Assembly (NCBI GenBank): GCA_949358305.1
Contig: OX442314.1
Coordinates: forward strand, 18,972,001-19,036,000
Length of the DNA stretch: 64,000 nt
DNA from: Strigamia acuminata
Lineage: Eukaryota
Direction of reading: 5' to 3'
In this document: piece after piece, positions 22,001 to 36,100 of the stretch
Layout of the letters: every line of letters starts with the position of its first letter
How positions within the stretch are numbered: position 1 is the first letter of the stretch
Program-made: the position numbers and the translations under genes
The notes under the pieces: generated by a model
Told to the model about the DNA's origin: nothing
The model's input: only the letters and a program-made list of their open reading frames with translations
Database searches by the model: none

Positions 22001-25000
22001 GCTTTGCCAAGTCGGACTCGCAAATTGCTCATTTCTTCTTCTTTGCGATCCAACTCTGATTGATAAGTTTGAATTTGCCTTCTCAAATCTTGAGAATCGC
22101 GTTGTAGTTCAGTGTGAGATTTTTCCGTGTCTCTCAACAACATCTTTACTTCACTAACTTCCTTATTTAAACTCATGTTTGAATGGTCCAATGCTATGTT
22201 CTGTTGTTTCGAATCCTCCAAACTTCTCTTCATGTCCAAACGGTCTGTTTCCGACTGTTTGATCTTCAGCCGTAACTCTTCGTTCGATTTCTGTAATGCT
22301 TCTCGTTCCAATTTGGTTTCAGTTAACCATCTCTTCAAATCCGAAATTTCCTTCTTGTAAGTTTGAATTTGTTCTTCAACTAATTAAAAAATAACAAAAA
22401 ATAAAATATTTGGACTTTACATTTGCACGATTCAATTTCTACCTTGATTTAACTTCCTTAAGTGCTCCATCAGCTCCTTTTTCGTGCTATCTCTGTTCGT
22501 CTCTACAAATTCCAGTTGTCTTTTTAAATCGGCAATTTCTTGTTGCATCAAGTCGCGTTGATGGTAAGCTTCCGACAATTGATTCTTCACTTCTTGTAAT
22601 AATTTTTCTTGCGCCGCTCTGCAAAATTATTGAAATCATATTTATAAAACATAAAATGTATACAAATACTGGTCAAAACATACGCCGCTTCTTCCATTTG
22701 CTTTCTGTAACGTTTCATCTCTTCCTGTAGTGCAATTAAATTGGATTTGTCCTGTTCAGAACGAGCATCTGCTTGTTGTTCCACGTCTTTCAACTTTTTC
22801 TGCAAGTCTTCTATCTCGTTTTCTTTCATACTTAATTGTTCTTGCACTGAACTCTTTTGTTGATCTAACAACTCAATTTTCTGCAACAAATAATTAGAAA
22901 TTAAATCCATTGCCTTCTTCCTCCAACCAAGCCTCACAAAATTTACTCTTTTATATTCAGTTTCCAAATTAATAAGTTCCTGTTCGTGTTCGCAGTTGAT
23001 TTCATTGATTTCTTGCTGATATTTATTAATTCTAGTTTCGTAATCTACTATCAATTCTTCACGGTCAGAACCGAATTTCACTAATTCGTCAGAATGTAAT
23101 GACTCCAAATGTGCTCGAAGAGTATCCTATAAATCAAATAAAGATGCATTTAAATCGTAAAAATAGTTTGCAACAATCTAAATGATTGAATTACCTTTTC
23201 CTCATGCATTCGCTTAACTTGCTCTTCGTGCAACAGTTTCGTTTTCTCCAAAGACATTTTAAATTCATGTTCAGTTTGCTGCAACTTGTAATTCAAAGCC
23301 TCACGTGTTCTGTTTAACTTGACAATTTCACTTTGCAGCTCTTTTCTTAATTGATTCATTTGTGCTGAATTTAAAAATTAGCATTATTTATTTACAATTT
23401 GCTCATTATAAGTTTCTGTATTATTATAACCTTGTAACACATCCCTTTTAACGTTCAGCTCCTGATTTTCTGCCGTCATTTGATCGCGTTTACTTTCCAA
23501 CATTTGCGCACTTTGTTGAGTTTCGTACAAAGCGACTTCCAAGTTGCTCTTTTCGTTTCGGAAAGCGGATAGCGACTCGGCCATTGACTGCATTTCTCTT
23601 TCCATTCCATTCAATTTAACCAACAATTCCGAATGTTCTCTAACTAAGCGTTCTCTCTCTTTACTCAGTTTGTCCACTTGATCCGCTTGTCTTTGATTTA
23701 AGTGCTTAATTGCACTTAATTCTTCGATGTATTTGTTTTTCTTACGAACTTCCTACAACGAAACGCAAAGATAATTCCAATTTCATTAAACTCGTAATAA
23801 AACTAAATGTACACTCTTACAGATGCGAGCAATGTCTGCAACTCTCCAGTCTCACGAATTTGGTACGTCAGAGATTCCTCCAATTTGTCGCGATTCGACT
23901 GGGTAGTTTTCATTGCATCGGTCAAAGATATGCTGTGATGTTCTTGTTCCATCGAATCACGTTCCAAACGCAAAACTTCCTGCTGCAGTGTATTCTTTTC
24001 AGATTCCAATTCTCCTAGTTCTGATTGCAATGCTAACTTATCTTCTTCTAACTGTAAAAAATCATGTAAACAAGTTTTCAAAAAGCACAGACACACCACA
24101 TAAATCATAAAACAAACCTTGATCACTTTTCCACTTAATTCCTCTTTGTCGTGACCTAATTCTTCATTTAAATATTTCAATTTATGCAAAGATGCTCTCA
24201 AACTATCCTCTTCGGTTTTCAATTTACTAATTTGAAATTTACCGCTGTTCTTTTTAGATTCCACTTGAGTAAATGCCGCGCCTAGTACATTACCATTTGG
24301 TTTTGCATCTTATTGCATTCATCGGCTCAAAAATTGTTTTGTACTCACTCAATTCTGCCTTTTCCTGTTCCATTATATCTTTATCGAGTATTGTGCGGTG
24401 CAGGGATTCCTTCAAAGCAATAATCTCTTCCTTCAATACCAAATTCTGTTCACCCATATTTTCGAGTAATCGCATTCTGCAATTTAAAAAAATAATAATT
24501 AAATATTGAACGACAAATTTAAATTTAAATTTTAAACTTACGATTTCTCAATTTCCATTCGTTGTTTTTCCACTTCATCCTGAACGAGTTCCTTTTCATC
24601 TTCCAACTCGTCTCTAGATCTTCGCAACTCGTTGTAGCTTTTCTGTAATTTGTCGTTATCTTGATGGAGAAGTTTCATATGTTCGTTCAACAACCGTCGA
24701 TTTTCTTCCAAATCTTGTACTTCAGAACTGCTAAAAGTTAAAGCTGCGCACAAACGTTCTTTCTCATTCAAGCAGTTCTCCCTCTCCTTACGTCTGTTAA
24801 GTAATTACATAAAAAAAACAAAAAAAAATTAAAGCACTAAACAAAAATTATTTTCTTTAAAAAAAATATTAATATTTTACATAAATTCTAACTCATCCAT
24901 CACCCTTTGCAGATCATGACTTATTTTCTTTTTCTGCACCAAATTCTCTTCGTTATTTTTATTCAGTAGATTTATTTCGTCCGTGGCTTTACTTAAACGC

Positions 25001-28000
25001 GTCTCCAATTCCTGAAAACAAAAATTTACAAATTCGTGACCGAAAAAATTAAATCTCAGCCAAAATACTTGAATCTGCATCTGCCGCTTAGTAACAGCAG
25101 ACTTCACATTAGAAACCACAGTATTCACAAATACAGGAGAACGCGACCGGAACGAAACGCTAGGGCTGCGTGGAGATAAAGATCTTCCTCTATTCCGCAT
25201 AGGAGATGAAAAACGTAATCGCATACTTCGTCCATCAATCAATTCCTCTTCTTCGATAATTTCACTAATGTCTTGCAAACTTCCTTGCAAAAATTCTATC
25301 TCATCTCGCAATTTGTTAGCAGCCAATGCTTCGTGTTGACCAGCATCAGTAGCATCAACTTTACTCGCTTCCTATATTAAAAAATAAGATATCAGATCAC
25401 TAAAACACTCGCCACATTTATCTCCTACCAAACTATCAATTGTTCTGTGTAAATTCCGAATAAACGTATCCTTCTCATCCAATTGGTATTTTAATCGATC
25501 CACCTGAATAGACATTTCTTGAACCCTGAAAGAATAGATTTAAAAAAAATTACAATTAAAAATTTATTAAAATTTCACTCTACGGTACTAACTTTGACTT
25601 CAATTCATTGCGATCTTTTTCAAAATTCTCCTGCTGCTTCACCAACGTCTGAATTTGCAACCACAGCTCCGTAGGATTCATTTCTAAAATTTCTTCAATT
25701 GACTTGTCCTACAACCAACCAACCAACAATTCAGCAAACGACAAAACCAATAAAAAAAATCGATTGCCCAAAAAAAGCTCGATTTAGCAATAACTGAAAG
25801 GAAATAAACGTTAATAAAAGTCATTTACCTGAACATTTCCAATTTGTCCCAGACTGACGTGAGTAAAAGTAGAAAGGCAAGCCAGGCACAAGTTTTGTGA
25901 CGTTTTGCTAACATCATTTTTGATGTGTGTTAAATCCCTTTCGGTCGCTATTTTCATTTCTCCAAACTCCCTCTGGAAGGCAACGACTTGACGCCATAAA
26001 GCCAACAAACGATTGTGTTCATTCGTGAAGTAATCGTTCAAAGACTACAAAAAATAAAATAATAATAATAACATTTAAAAACCACGGAAATTAAAATTAA
26101 TGTTCACTACTGTTTACCAGTTCCTCCTCTCGCCACTCCTCTTCTCTCTCGTCAAATTGTTCCCTCGTCCTCTGCCAATCGACGGTTAACTTATGCACAT
26201 CCGCAGTCAGCGATTGATTCGCTTGAGTAGCTGTGTCCAGTTGTTCCCGCAATAATGAATTCACATGAACTAAACTAGCACATCTAAAAATTGTAAAAGT
26301 GTTTTGTTTATCCTGACCACTCAATAGTACCCAGTTAGCACGCATTGCAATTCGTGAATGGTTAATCGGTAATCACCTGCTCTGTTGTTCCTCAAGTTTT
26401 AGAAGTGCAGTTTCTAAGTCAAGTTTTTCATCCTGCAACCGATTATCACCATGATCTCCCGAACCCAGCTCATCATTCGTAGCTGTGTGCTGCAAAATGT
26501 ACACAATCTTGAGCGAAACGATATTGACTCTCCGCTTTGTTTACAAGCACAGTCATGGTAACAATCACTATCAAAAGCAATATTTTCTATTCAACATCTA
26601 CATTTTCAGTGCGGGTGCATGTCCAATTTTTGATGCCCCAGTTCATAATATGCCCATTTGATGTGGTTTTATCGATTACATTCAATCTCGAAATTTATTT
26701 TGGAATTCATCCAAACCGCATTGTTGAATTTCAATTACCCTTGCCAGATTTGTGGTACATTACCTCAATAATGACTTGTAAATAAAAAAAAATAAAAAAT
26801 CGAACATACCGTTGATTTTGTCCATTTATAGTCGACGGTGTCAATTTTATGTTGGGCAACATTACTTTCCAGTTCGGCACATTTTTGTTTATATTGAAGA
26901 ATCTTACAAAAAAAATTATCATTTTCAGAATTTATTCAATTATAACCGTGATTAATTCACTTTTGCTTGTAATTTCTGCACAAGAATTGCTTGAGTTTGC
27001 TGGTTTTCCTGATACTTTTGCAATTTCTTATCGTATTTTGTTCGTTCATCATCCAATCGTTTACCAAACTCCACATTCGGCTGCCACGAACCTCTGGCAG
27101 AAGGCTGGCTTTTCGCATCTCCCTCCCTGGGAAGAAGTCTTTCCACCTAAACGCATAAATTAAATTAAATACCAAACAAGACATTTAACCAATTAAAATG
27201 AAATATGCTCTTGTCTTTCTTTCTATTTTCCCTCCATGTCTGTTTGACTCATCAACAAACAAATGCCCAATCAAAAATTCACACCTGCCTTTCCATCGTT
27301 AAAGAAGTGAATACAGTCAACTACTTCCTGCTACATTTATTTAACATTGCCAGGTGAATGAATTGCACCTGCATCACTTTTAGAACTTTGCTTTAATTTA
27401 TTATTAATTTATACTTAACATTGAATTAAGGTCAATATTGGTACAACTAAGTTACTTGTCACTACCTTTTCACTGAGGGCGTTATACTTGATGCTCATTT
27501 CATCTCTTTCAGCTCGACTGGTTGCCAGCAAGTCTTCAACCCTGTCCAACTCCTCTTGCAGCATGCGATTTTCTTCCTACAACAAAGATAATATCTTATT
27601 ATTTAATAATGCAAATAAGATTTTAAATTGAACCTTTAAACAATCGTTACGTAAACAAAGGTTTAGGCTTTGGACTTTAATGTGGCGGAATATTGACTTA
27701 CTTCGAGGGACATGGAACTTGGTCGTGACATTGTGTCGTGTTCAGGTCTTAAATCATCAGTGGAGAGATTTTTGGTCACAATTTCTCTCACTCTTACTGG
27801 CAATGGCGAGGAGTGAGTGGATGATTCGTCTCCTTTCACCCAATATTGACTATTATCTTTTAAAATCGTTTCCTCGAGTTCCTAAAAGAAAAATAGACCA
27901 ATTAATGAACTACAATTTCATAATAACAATGTTTGTATCTCAACCAAGACACTTTTTAATGAAAACATACACCGAGGTAATCAATGATCCAAACAAAACA

Positions 28001-29684
28001 CCATCTGTCACATTCATCGATCTGTCAACAAACGCTGCACATGTTTCAATGCACCCCCACCATAATCACAATACGAGAATACTAAAACACTTCCTGTTTC
28101 GTCCGTCCATCTATCACAGGTCAATGACAGTTGCAAGATTGCAACTATAACACTAACCTAATGACCAATGATTGCTTTTCCTATACTGTATAACTTAACC
28201 AAGAATTGTGATTACTATTAAGTCATCATTTCCTTCATAAAAAAAATTCAATGTCACAGAATATTGACTACCTTGACAATAGCTTTCAAGCTGACTTTTC
28301 TCTGCTTTGTAGCCATCGTAGCAGTGGCATTTGCCTTTGCATCCTTTTGCTATCAGCAGGAAAATGGTTTGCAATAGATAACAACTTGGCTTATTAGCAG
28401 CTTGAGTCATTTGAATTGCAGCCAGAAACCATTCCAATTGCATTTGCTCTGCTTTTTTTTCCAACAAAAATGAATACATAACGTCATTATAGTTTTCTCT
28501 CACAATGAATGAAATTTTCTTTCTCCCACAATAACCAGAGAGCAGACACCGAAATCTATTTACCAGTTTAGAAACAGATTCAATTCGATTCAATCGCAGC
28601 CAAAAATTACCACCGCGCTCTACAAATTCATTCAACTGATTGAAAAAAATAAAAATCGTTAATCGTTAAAAAAAAAAAAAATACATCGAGCCTTTTCTTT
28701 TCCTAAACTAACCGTAAACCGAGACAAAACGTGTAAAACACTTACCCAACATTTGAAACAGGTAAACCCACTTTGACCATGCGATAAATTAAAGTGTACA
28801 ACCAAAAGTCTTTGACCAGTGCAGAATGACGGAACAAAGCCTACCTGTGAATCTCTATCTTGTAAATCAGTAGACAGTTGCTTGGTAACTGCACTGGAGT
28901 CAGAATCCTCCCCTTGGCTTACAAGGTGCCCATAATCCTGATTGGTCGAAGGAGGTGTGTCTTTCCTACTCCTAGCGATCAACTCCTTCTCACATTCCAA
29001 CGCATCCGACAATTCTTTCGACAGTATCTCACTGGTAATGGCTTCAGCCTCCTCCAATAAAACGTCGGTGAGACCCGGACTCGTGAGTTGCTCGTCGTCA
29101 CGACTCACACTCGTCGCCTCTACTTCGGATCCTTTACAAGTGTCATCTCCAACCACGGACAACTTGCTGCTGTGCGACGAATCCGACTCCTGCACGATCT
29201 CGTCCGTCACTTCGCGAACAGCACTCTCCTTCTCGGACTGACTCTGCTCTTCCTTCTCGTACCCGTCGCCATCGTCGTCCGTAAATTCGACAAACTCCCT
29301 ATCGGACGTCAAACTGTCCACATCGGTGTCTCCACCTTCCCAAAAATATTCCGTGTCCCCCTCTACGTCATCTTCGACTTTCGACTCTAGTTTGTCATCG
29401 ATATCGTCTTCGTACTCTTCCCCTTCACCTTTGTAACCGGAATCGGGAAGCGATGCTTCCGGCGCGAGTTTCTGGTCTTCGCTGGCTGCTCTCGGGGTGC
29501 TGCCGGCGTCCTCGGTCACCCTGGGAGTTAATTCGGGTGAAGTTTCTTCGGAAATGTCGTCCAACAGATATAATGGTTCCTGTTCGAATTGTGCGGGCGG
29601 GAATGTCTTGGCTTCAAAAGACGACTTGATATGGTCTTTATCGTCCTCTTGGATGTTGTCCCGTGGGTGGGCGTGCGGATCCAT
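19049..29684 (-). CDS. CROCC: Rootletin (ciliary rootlet coiled-coil protein), many short-intron exons
   Basis: Conserved rootletin blocks: LPVRVREIVTKNL; EENRMLQEELDRVEDLLATSRAERDEMSIKYNALSEK; YQENQQTQAILVQKLQAK; VNSLLREQLDTATQANQSLTADVHKLTVDW; YFTNEHNRLLALWRQVVAFQREFGEMKIATERDL; EIDPDSIRVALRD; RLEKDKTALKKTLDKVEREKL; LEQQ..VLKDQLNQEI. Stop at 19051-19049. The 5' limit shown uses the long acidic exon 29684-28845. Confidence 0.92.
28272..28316 (-). CDS. Candidate alternative short first coding exon of rootletin (MATKQRKVSLKAIVK)
   Basis: ATG, 45 nt, AAG|GTAGTC donor, phase 0 into ELEETIL; the joined SLKAIVKELEETIL resembles the vertebrate rootletin N-terminal TLETVIQTLESSVL. Confidence 0.65.
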
Positions 29685-32600
29685 GATATTTAGCTTTTGA
29701 CTGGCTGACACCACCTGGCGGGTCTGGTTTTAGTAGGAAATTCGAGCCTGCGCACTAGTCACGATGCAAATTCATAATCCGAGATAGTCTTGCTCCATTT
29801 CACTTATTGGTCACAGGACATTTGTTGCGACTGTTGAACAATATTAAAATTGTTAGTTCTGCGGGGACATCTCATTAATTTTTTTTATTATTTTTGTTAC
29901 TTGTCTTTTCAACCTTTTATTATTTAATGGTTGGATCGATCAATACCGAAATGCGTCGAGTTTATCGATCTACAAACCTCTGCTCTTTTGTTTGTCCACT
30001 AACAATTGGACATACATTGATGAGTCCATTGTCGCATGCAAGCTGAAAGCTTACACAAAACGTGTTGTTTCATAATGGATGAGATTTATTAAATCTTGCT
30101 TATCCAATGTTTTCTATTGTGTTTGCCCATTACTTAATCTAGAAATTAATACAAATTTCTAACGTTTTTTTTTATTTTTTATTATTATTTCATTCATCAA
30201 ATTTTTTTTGCTTACTAATGTACGTCTTTCATACATGTCAGTTTCATTTATGATTTCAGTTTATTGACAACCATTTTCAGAGCAATAAATAACACAAACA
30301 TTCAGAACAATAACATAAATCCTCATACAACAGCGCTATACTACTCAAACCCTGTGAATAACGTGAAGATCAATTTCCCATCAACCTAACATACATTAAA
30401 CAAGATAAAAGCAGCACATAAATTCCTCTTCGTTTTAATACGAATTATGGATTACGTGTTAATATTCAAACTCAACCTGTAAGCGTCGTTGAAAACCATG
30501 GTAACCGAACCGACCGTAACTGTCAAACCTCGGTACAACAACAACCACCTGAGCGTGCCCCTTTTATTGCTTAAATTTGTTTTGTCTGCTGTTATGTCGC
30601 CGAAAAGATGACCAACTCTTAAATAAACACTCCAACTTGGATTCTAACCTGTGTTAATTCTTCTAAACTTTTTCTTTTCCTCTCCATGTCTAATTACTGC
30701 TGGCCTAATTTTCCAACGTGTTGATCTCATGTCGCCGCCTGTAGATAAATTTCAAAATTTCAAACGATTGATATCAGAATACGGACTTATTACGTATGAA
30801 TTTGTATTTTCAGAACGCTGAAACTGAGAATATAATACGTCATCTTGTATATAAAAACCAAACTAGATTTCGAGCTAGATCCCGCTGTTTTCATTCCCAG
30901 GATTCAATATTAAATAAACATGGCGAAATACGAGCGAAATACGAAGATTTTGTTCATCAGGTAAATATTTTCTGAATGATCTATACATAGATCTATTGAT
31001 TTTTCATTTTGCGCAAGAGATCTTTTTGCAAATTGATATAAATGAATTTAAAACAGAACCACGAACTCTCGTTTCACTTCTTTTTAAGAATTTAAAAAAA
31101 TTTCAGTCGTAAATAGCAATTTCAACGGAATTTTATCATATTAAATTGTTCAGCAGGTCAAGGTTTTCGTTCCTAACGATAACGATTGTGGTTGAGTTGA
31201 CGTACTGTACCTGGATCAATCAGATCAAGATCCGTCATGTTTTATAACACCGAATCTTATTGGTTGAAAGACCGACGGTGCTTCTTTTGGGCAAAAAATA
31301 AGCAGACGAATTTTGTTTTGGATGCACGCACTAACTACTATTATTATTTTTGTATAAAAGTAACGAAACCTTATCACAACATACTGACGGTATCAAACAT
31401 TTTCAGCTTTAGTATGTATGCCTTTATTATACAAACGATTATAAAGAAAAATAAAGTTTATTATTTTGTATAAAAAAGATTTTTTATTAGATAGTCAAAG
31501 ATAACAATATTATCATCTTCATTAACAAACATATAATACAGAAATGGACATCACACCTATGCTCAGAAATAGAAAAAACTTGCCTAGAAATTGACAATTG
31601 GTAATTATTAAAATTTGACGAAAACAAAGAAAATTATTAAAAGAATATGATAGAATCCTTCACTTAATTTTTTTTATCCTCAACAAACAAAGTTGCCATC
31701 GGATACTAAATTGTAAGGGTGCACAGTTTTATAATATATTTAAAATAAATATTTTCTTTTCGATAGCATGGAATTTGGTATTTAATTAATTAATCATACA
31801 AAGATCAATATAATTTAAGTAAGAGTCATCCACCCAAATTCCAAAAAGCTATAGGCACCCTACAACACGTCATGCAAAAATTGGGAACAAAATATTGTTT
31901 AATGGATTACTATCACACATATACATTGGACTTCAACCTTGTAAAAGCCTTACAAGAAATCTCTTTTGCTATATTAGCTTGCTATATTGTAGGCAACAGA
32001 CAGAATTATTATACACACTCTCGTTGTTTATCATACAAACTTTATACAAAGGGAGATTATTTTACATGTCACAGAAATAAATAGCATGGAATGAAATTCT
32101 GACAAAAACAAAAGTTCTCTCCAAAAATGGTGCATTGTAAATTTGTTGACAATTTATTAGTTTCAAATTTAAATACTCTACACTTAATTAGATATGTTGG
32201 GACCTTTACTCAAAATTATAAATTCACTGTTCCATTCCAAAAAAAAACAACAAACGAATAAATAATTGCATTGTTCGCAACACAAAAATAAACGGAGTAT
32301 TGCTCGTCACTAGATATGACAACACGATTCGTTATTAAATGATTGTCTATAAAAATAAAAGCAAAAATAAAAAATGCAAGCATTAATTAAACAGTTACGA
32401 GCACAGACTTAATTTATTATTATATTAAAATTTATTTTATTCGACTTTACAATGCGTTTAATCGACCATCCCTTCAATCAAAACAAGAATGGAACAATGA
32501 TTTACCAGTAAACATTCACTTTGCCCCAATTTCTTGCATAATTTATACCAGACTCGACTACGGCATTTAAAACAAAACCATCAAATTGAAATAAACATTT

Positions 32601-33117
32601 AAAAAACAAAAGAAGTAAATGCTATTGCTTGGTGTATGTAAGTTTCATCTTATCAATACAATAATCAGCCTCCCATAATTGTAAAATTGTATATTTCAAA
32701 ATAAAGCTGCTCTCTTGTCCGCTGAGCTGTTGCTAAGAGCCTAGTCGATAGTCATGGAGGATGGAACATGAAATTGCGCTTCATTTTTTTCTTTTATTCT
32801 TTCATTCTCTCGTTTCTTGATTTTTTTTAAGAAAGTTTTTCTTTTTAAAAAACGTTTACTTCACTACAAGAACAAAATACCATTCCATGGTCCAGAAAGC
32901 AGTTGAAACTTATTATTCCCTACTCTGGTTGAGCAGTTAATCCATATATCCATGGTCGGAATCAGGAGGAGCAAAATGCACTACACTTTTTTTTTTTTTT
33001 TTTTTTTAAATTGAAAACTCACTTTGCAACATGGACATAGAGCAAATCTCCACAAATCTTCTTGCAGGAGCATGTTCGAATCGTGATATGTCGGATGACT
33101 CCGCTAAACCGATTGCA

Positions 33118-36100
33118 TTAAACTAGGAAGCCCTCGGACATGTTGGCACTGATTTGCGCTCGCATCGCTTGCACAGAGTTGAGGATTTTCTTTTGGTGTC
33201 CCACCAACGTTACTCCAATGGTATTGTTTAAGTCTTTGGCAGTTAGTCTCGCCACTGCGTCCATACTTGAAACACCAGCGCGATCAAAACTATCTAAATA
33301 TCGAGTCATTTTAATCGATCCTAACCATTCCTCTACTGTGGCAAACTGTGTCATGTCTGGAGCATCAGGCGCCAAAGGATTCTGGTTTCTTCAACACAAC
33401 AAATAAATTAAGAAATTAATAAATATTTTTAAGCACACAAATTTAATTCCTTACTTATTTTGTGCTACTTTGCGTAAACTTTCAGGACACCTAATTAATT
33501 TGTCCAATGTTTTAACTATGTTTGCGAACGTGGGCCTGTGTGATCGTTCTTTCTGCCAACAGTCTAACATGAGTTGGTGAATAGCTTCGGGACAATCCTA
33601 CAATAAGAAATAAAACATGTCATCGTATGTCACACGTCAACGAGCACGAATGCAAACGGTTACTAACCATTGGGGCTGGCAGACGGTAACCTTTCTCAAT
33701 ACTTTTAATGACATCTTGATTCGACCAATTCCAATACGGCCGCTCTCCATAAGACATGACTTCCCAAGCGACAATACCGAAACTCCATACATCACTGGCA
33801 GAGGTAAATTTGCGAAACGCGATGGCTTCAGGAGCTGTCCACCGCACGGGGATCTTACCGCCGCGAGTTGTGTACGCTCCTTCTGTAGTGCTCTCGATCT
33901 CGCGAGATAAACCGAAATCAGCGATCTTGCAAACCAGGTTCGCGTTAACGAGAACGTTGCGGGCTGCCAGATCCTAAAATCACAAATGTCAACATTTAGT
34001 TGGTGGTGCAATTCAAAGTCACCTTTTAAACAAACATACCCTGTGAACGTAATTCATCTCTGCCAGATATTGCATACCTGATGCAATACCTCGGAGCATT
34101 GAAACTAACTGTATCACTTGGAACTTTCCATCATTAGCCTAGAAAAGAAAAGGAATTTATAATAAATTATTTTCATTCGATTCATTCATTTTTAATCATT
34201 TCAAATATCACTTACTCTTAAAAACGTGTCCAGAGAACCGTTTTCCATGTATTCTGTGATGATCATGACTGGGTTACTCTTTGTTACTACGCCTTGAAGA
34301 AATATAACGTTGGGATGCTCGAACTGTCCCATGATGCTTGCTTCAGTTAAAAAATCCATCCTAGCTTTATCTGATGATCCAGGCTTCAAAGTCTTGATGG
34401 CCACCGTCATTTCAGGCCGACTGGGAATCTTCAATTTTCCTCGACATACATCACCAAATTCACCTAAGAAAATAAAATTGAAAAAAACATTTAGAAAATT
34501 TAATTTTTTAAATTTAATTTGGCATTTTAATTCGTACCTCCTCCGATAATAGCCTCTATAGTAATGTGTGAAGCATCTATTTCTCGAGTAAATTCTCTAA
34601 CGGCTTGATTGGGATCTTCGTAAGTATGAGGATCGACATAAGTTCGTGGAGGACCAACTTGTGTAAACAAAGGAGTTGTCACTGCAAGTTCAAGTTTATA
34701 GACACAAAAATTAAGAATATTGAAGAAACACGGTTCATCGATTAATCCATGCAATAAAAAGCGGTGAATCCCATCACAGTTACACGTTAACACTAATGCG
34801 CAAGCCACTAATTTAAACCACACACTACAATAAATAACTTACACTTACTGTAGGTAACAATCAATCCTGCGATAGCATGAAAAAAAGGGAAAGAAAAAAG
34901 AAAACGTCAAAGTCGAAGCTTTAGCTGATAGAACTCATCACCAATGTTTTAAGCCCAAATTGAAATTGATTTAATAATTTACCTTCACCATTCCTGTATT
35001 CCAGTGTATCGCAATCACTTGGTTGCTTCTTATTGCAATCCTCGTTACTTCTATTTTGAAAAATAAATAAATAAATAAATAAAATTAGAATTACACAAAT
35101 GTTTTAAAATCATTTTACCTTCTCAGGAAAAGAACCGTCATGATAATGACAATGACTAGGAGAACCACAACGGCAACGACAGCGCCCGCAATGATGCGCA
35201 CTTGCACACTATCGTCATCGCCGACATACGCTGCATCAAAATATGTCATTATTGCAAGGTTGAACGCGAATTACATCGACAGAGTTTAAAAAACTCACCT
35301 GTACCTAGCATCTGGTCAGTTCTTCTGTATTCAGGTTGACTGAATTCACCCCACCCGTGAGTAGTTTTAGCACGGACCTATTGAAATTAAAAATGATGGT
35401 TAAAAATGAGCGCTAACTTCAAAATGAGCATCAAATGTACCTGGAATCCATACTCGGTACGTTGTTTCAGGTTTGTGAAAACCGACTCTTCGTGTTTGGT
35501 TAGGATGCTTGACGCGTTTCTTTCCATTCCACGGATGAAGTAGCGAACTTCGTACATCTCAATTTCACTGAACGGATCGTCCGGTGCGTCCCATTTCAAA
35601 GTGATTTCTGTATTCTGCACGTTCACCACATGAACGTTCGACACCACTGACGGCACTATAAATAACAAGACTATTTAAAAAAATATTAAAGAATAACGAA
35701 AGCCACATTTGAAACACATTAAAAGCGTAAAACAAACAAATAAACAAACAAATAAATAAATAATTTAATTTTACCAGACGCCTCTGTAGTAACTGTAATG
35801 TCCACGTATTTATTTGCCTTGGAAAACTCGGAAACTCCATTTTCAGCATAAACCAAAAACCGGTATGTGGTTACCGGATTCAATCCGGAAATGGTAACTT
35901 TGGTTTCGTTGAACCTTTCTTGCGACGGCACGTACGACACGGCAGGACCGCACGCGTCGCACACTACTTTGTACACGGTATCCGTTCGACCGCCCAAGTA
36001 CAAGGGCGACGTCCATGACAAGATGACTGCCGACTGATCCACAAAACTCAAAGTTAAATTCTGAGGAGCTGTTGGCGACTCTGCAATAATACAAACACAT

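Noticed and set aside
27465..27577. Suspected frameshift in a conserved rootletin exon
   Set aside because: On re-reading, the exon translates intact as ERDEMSIKYNALSEK.
28195..28635. 146-aa minus-strand ORF inside the rootletin 5' region
   Set aside because: No recognisable homology; better explained as UTR/intron around the short first exon, which is in a different frame.
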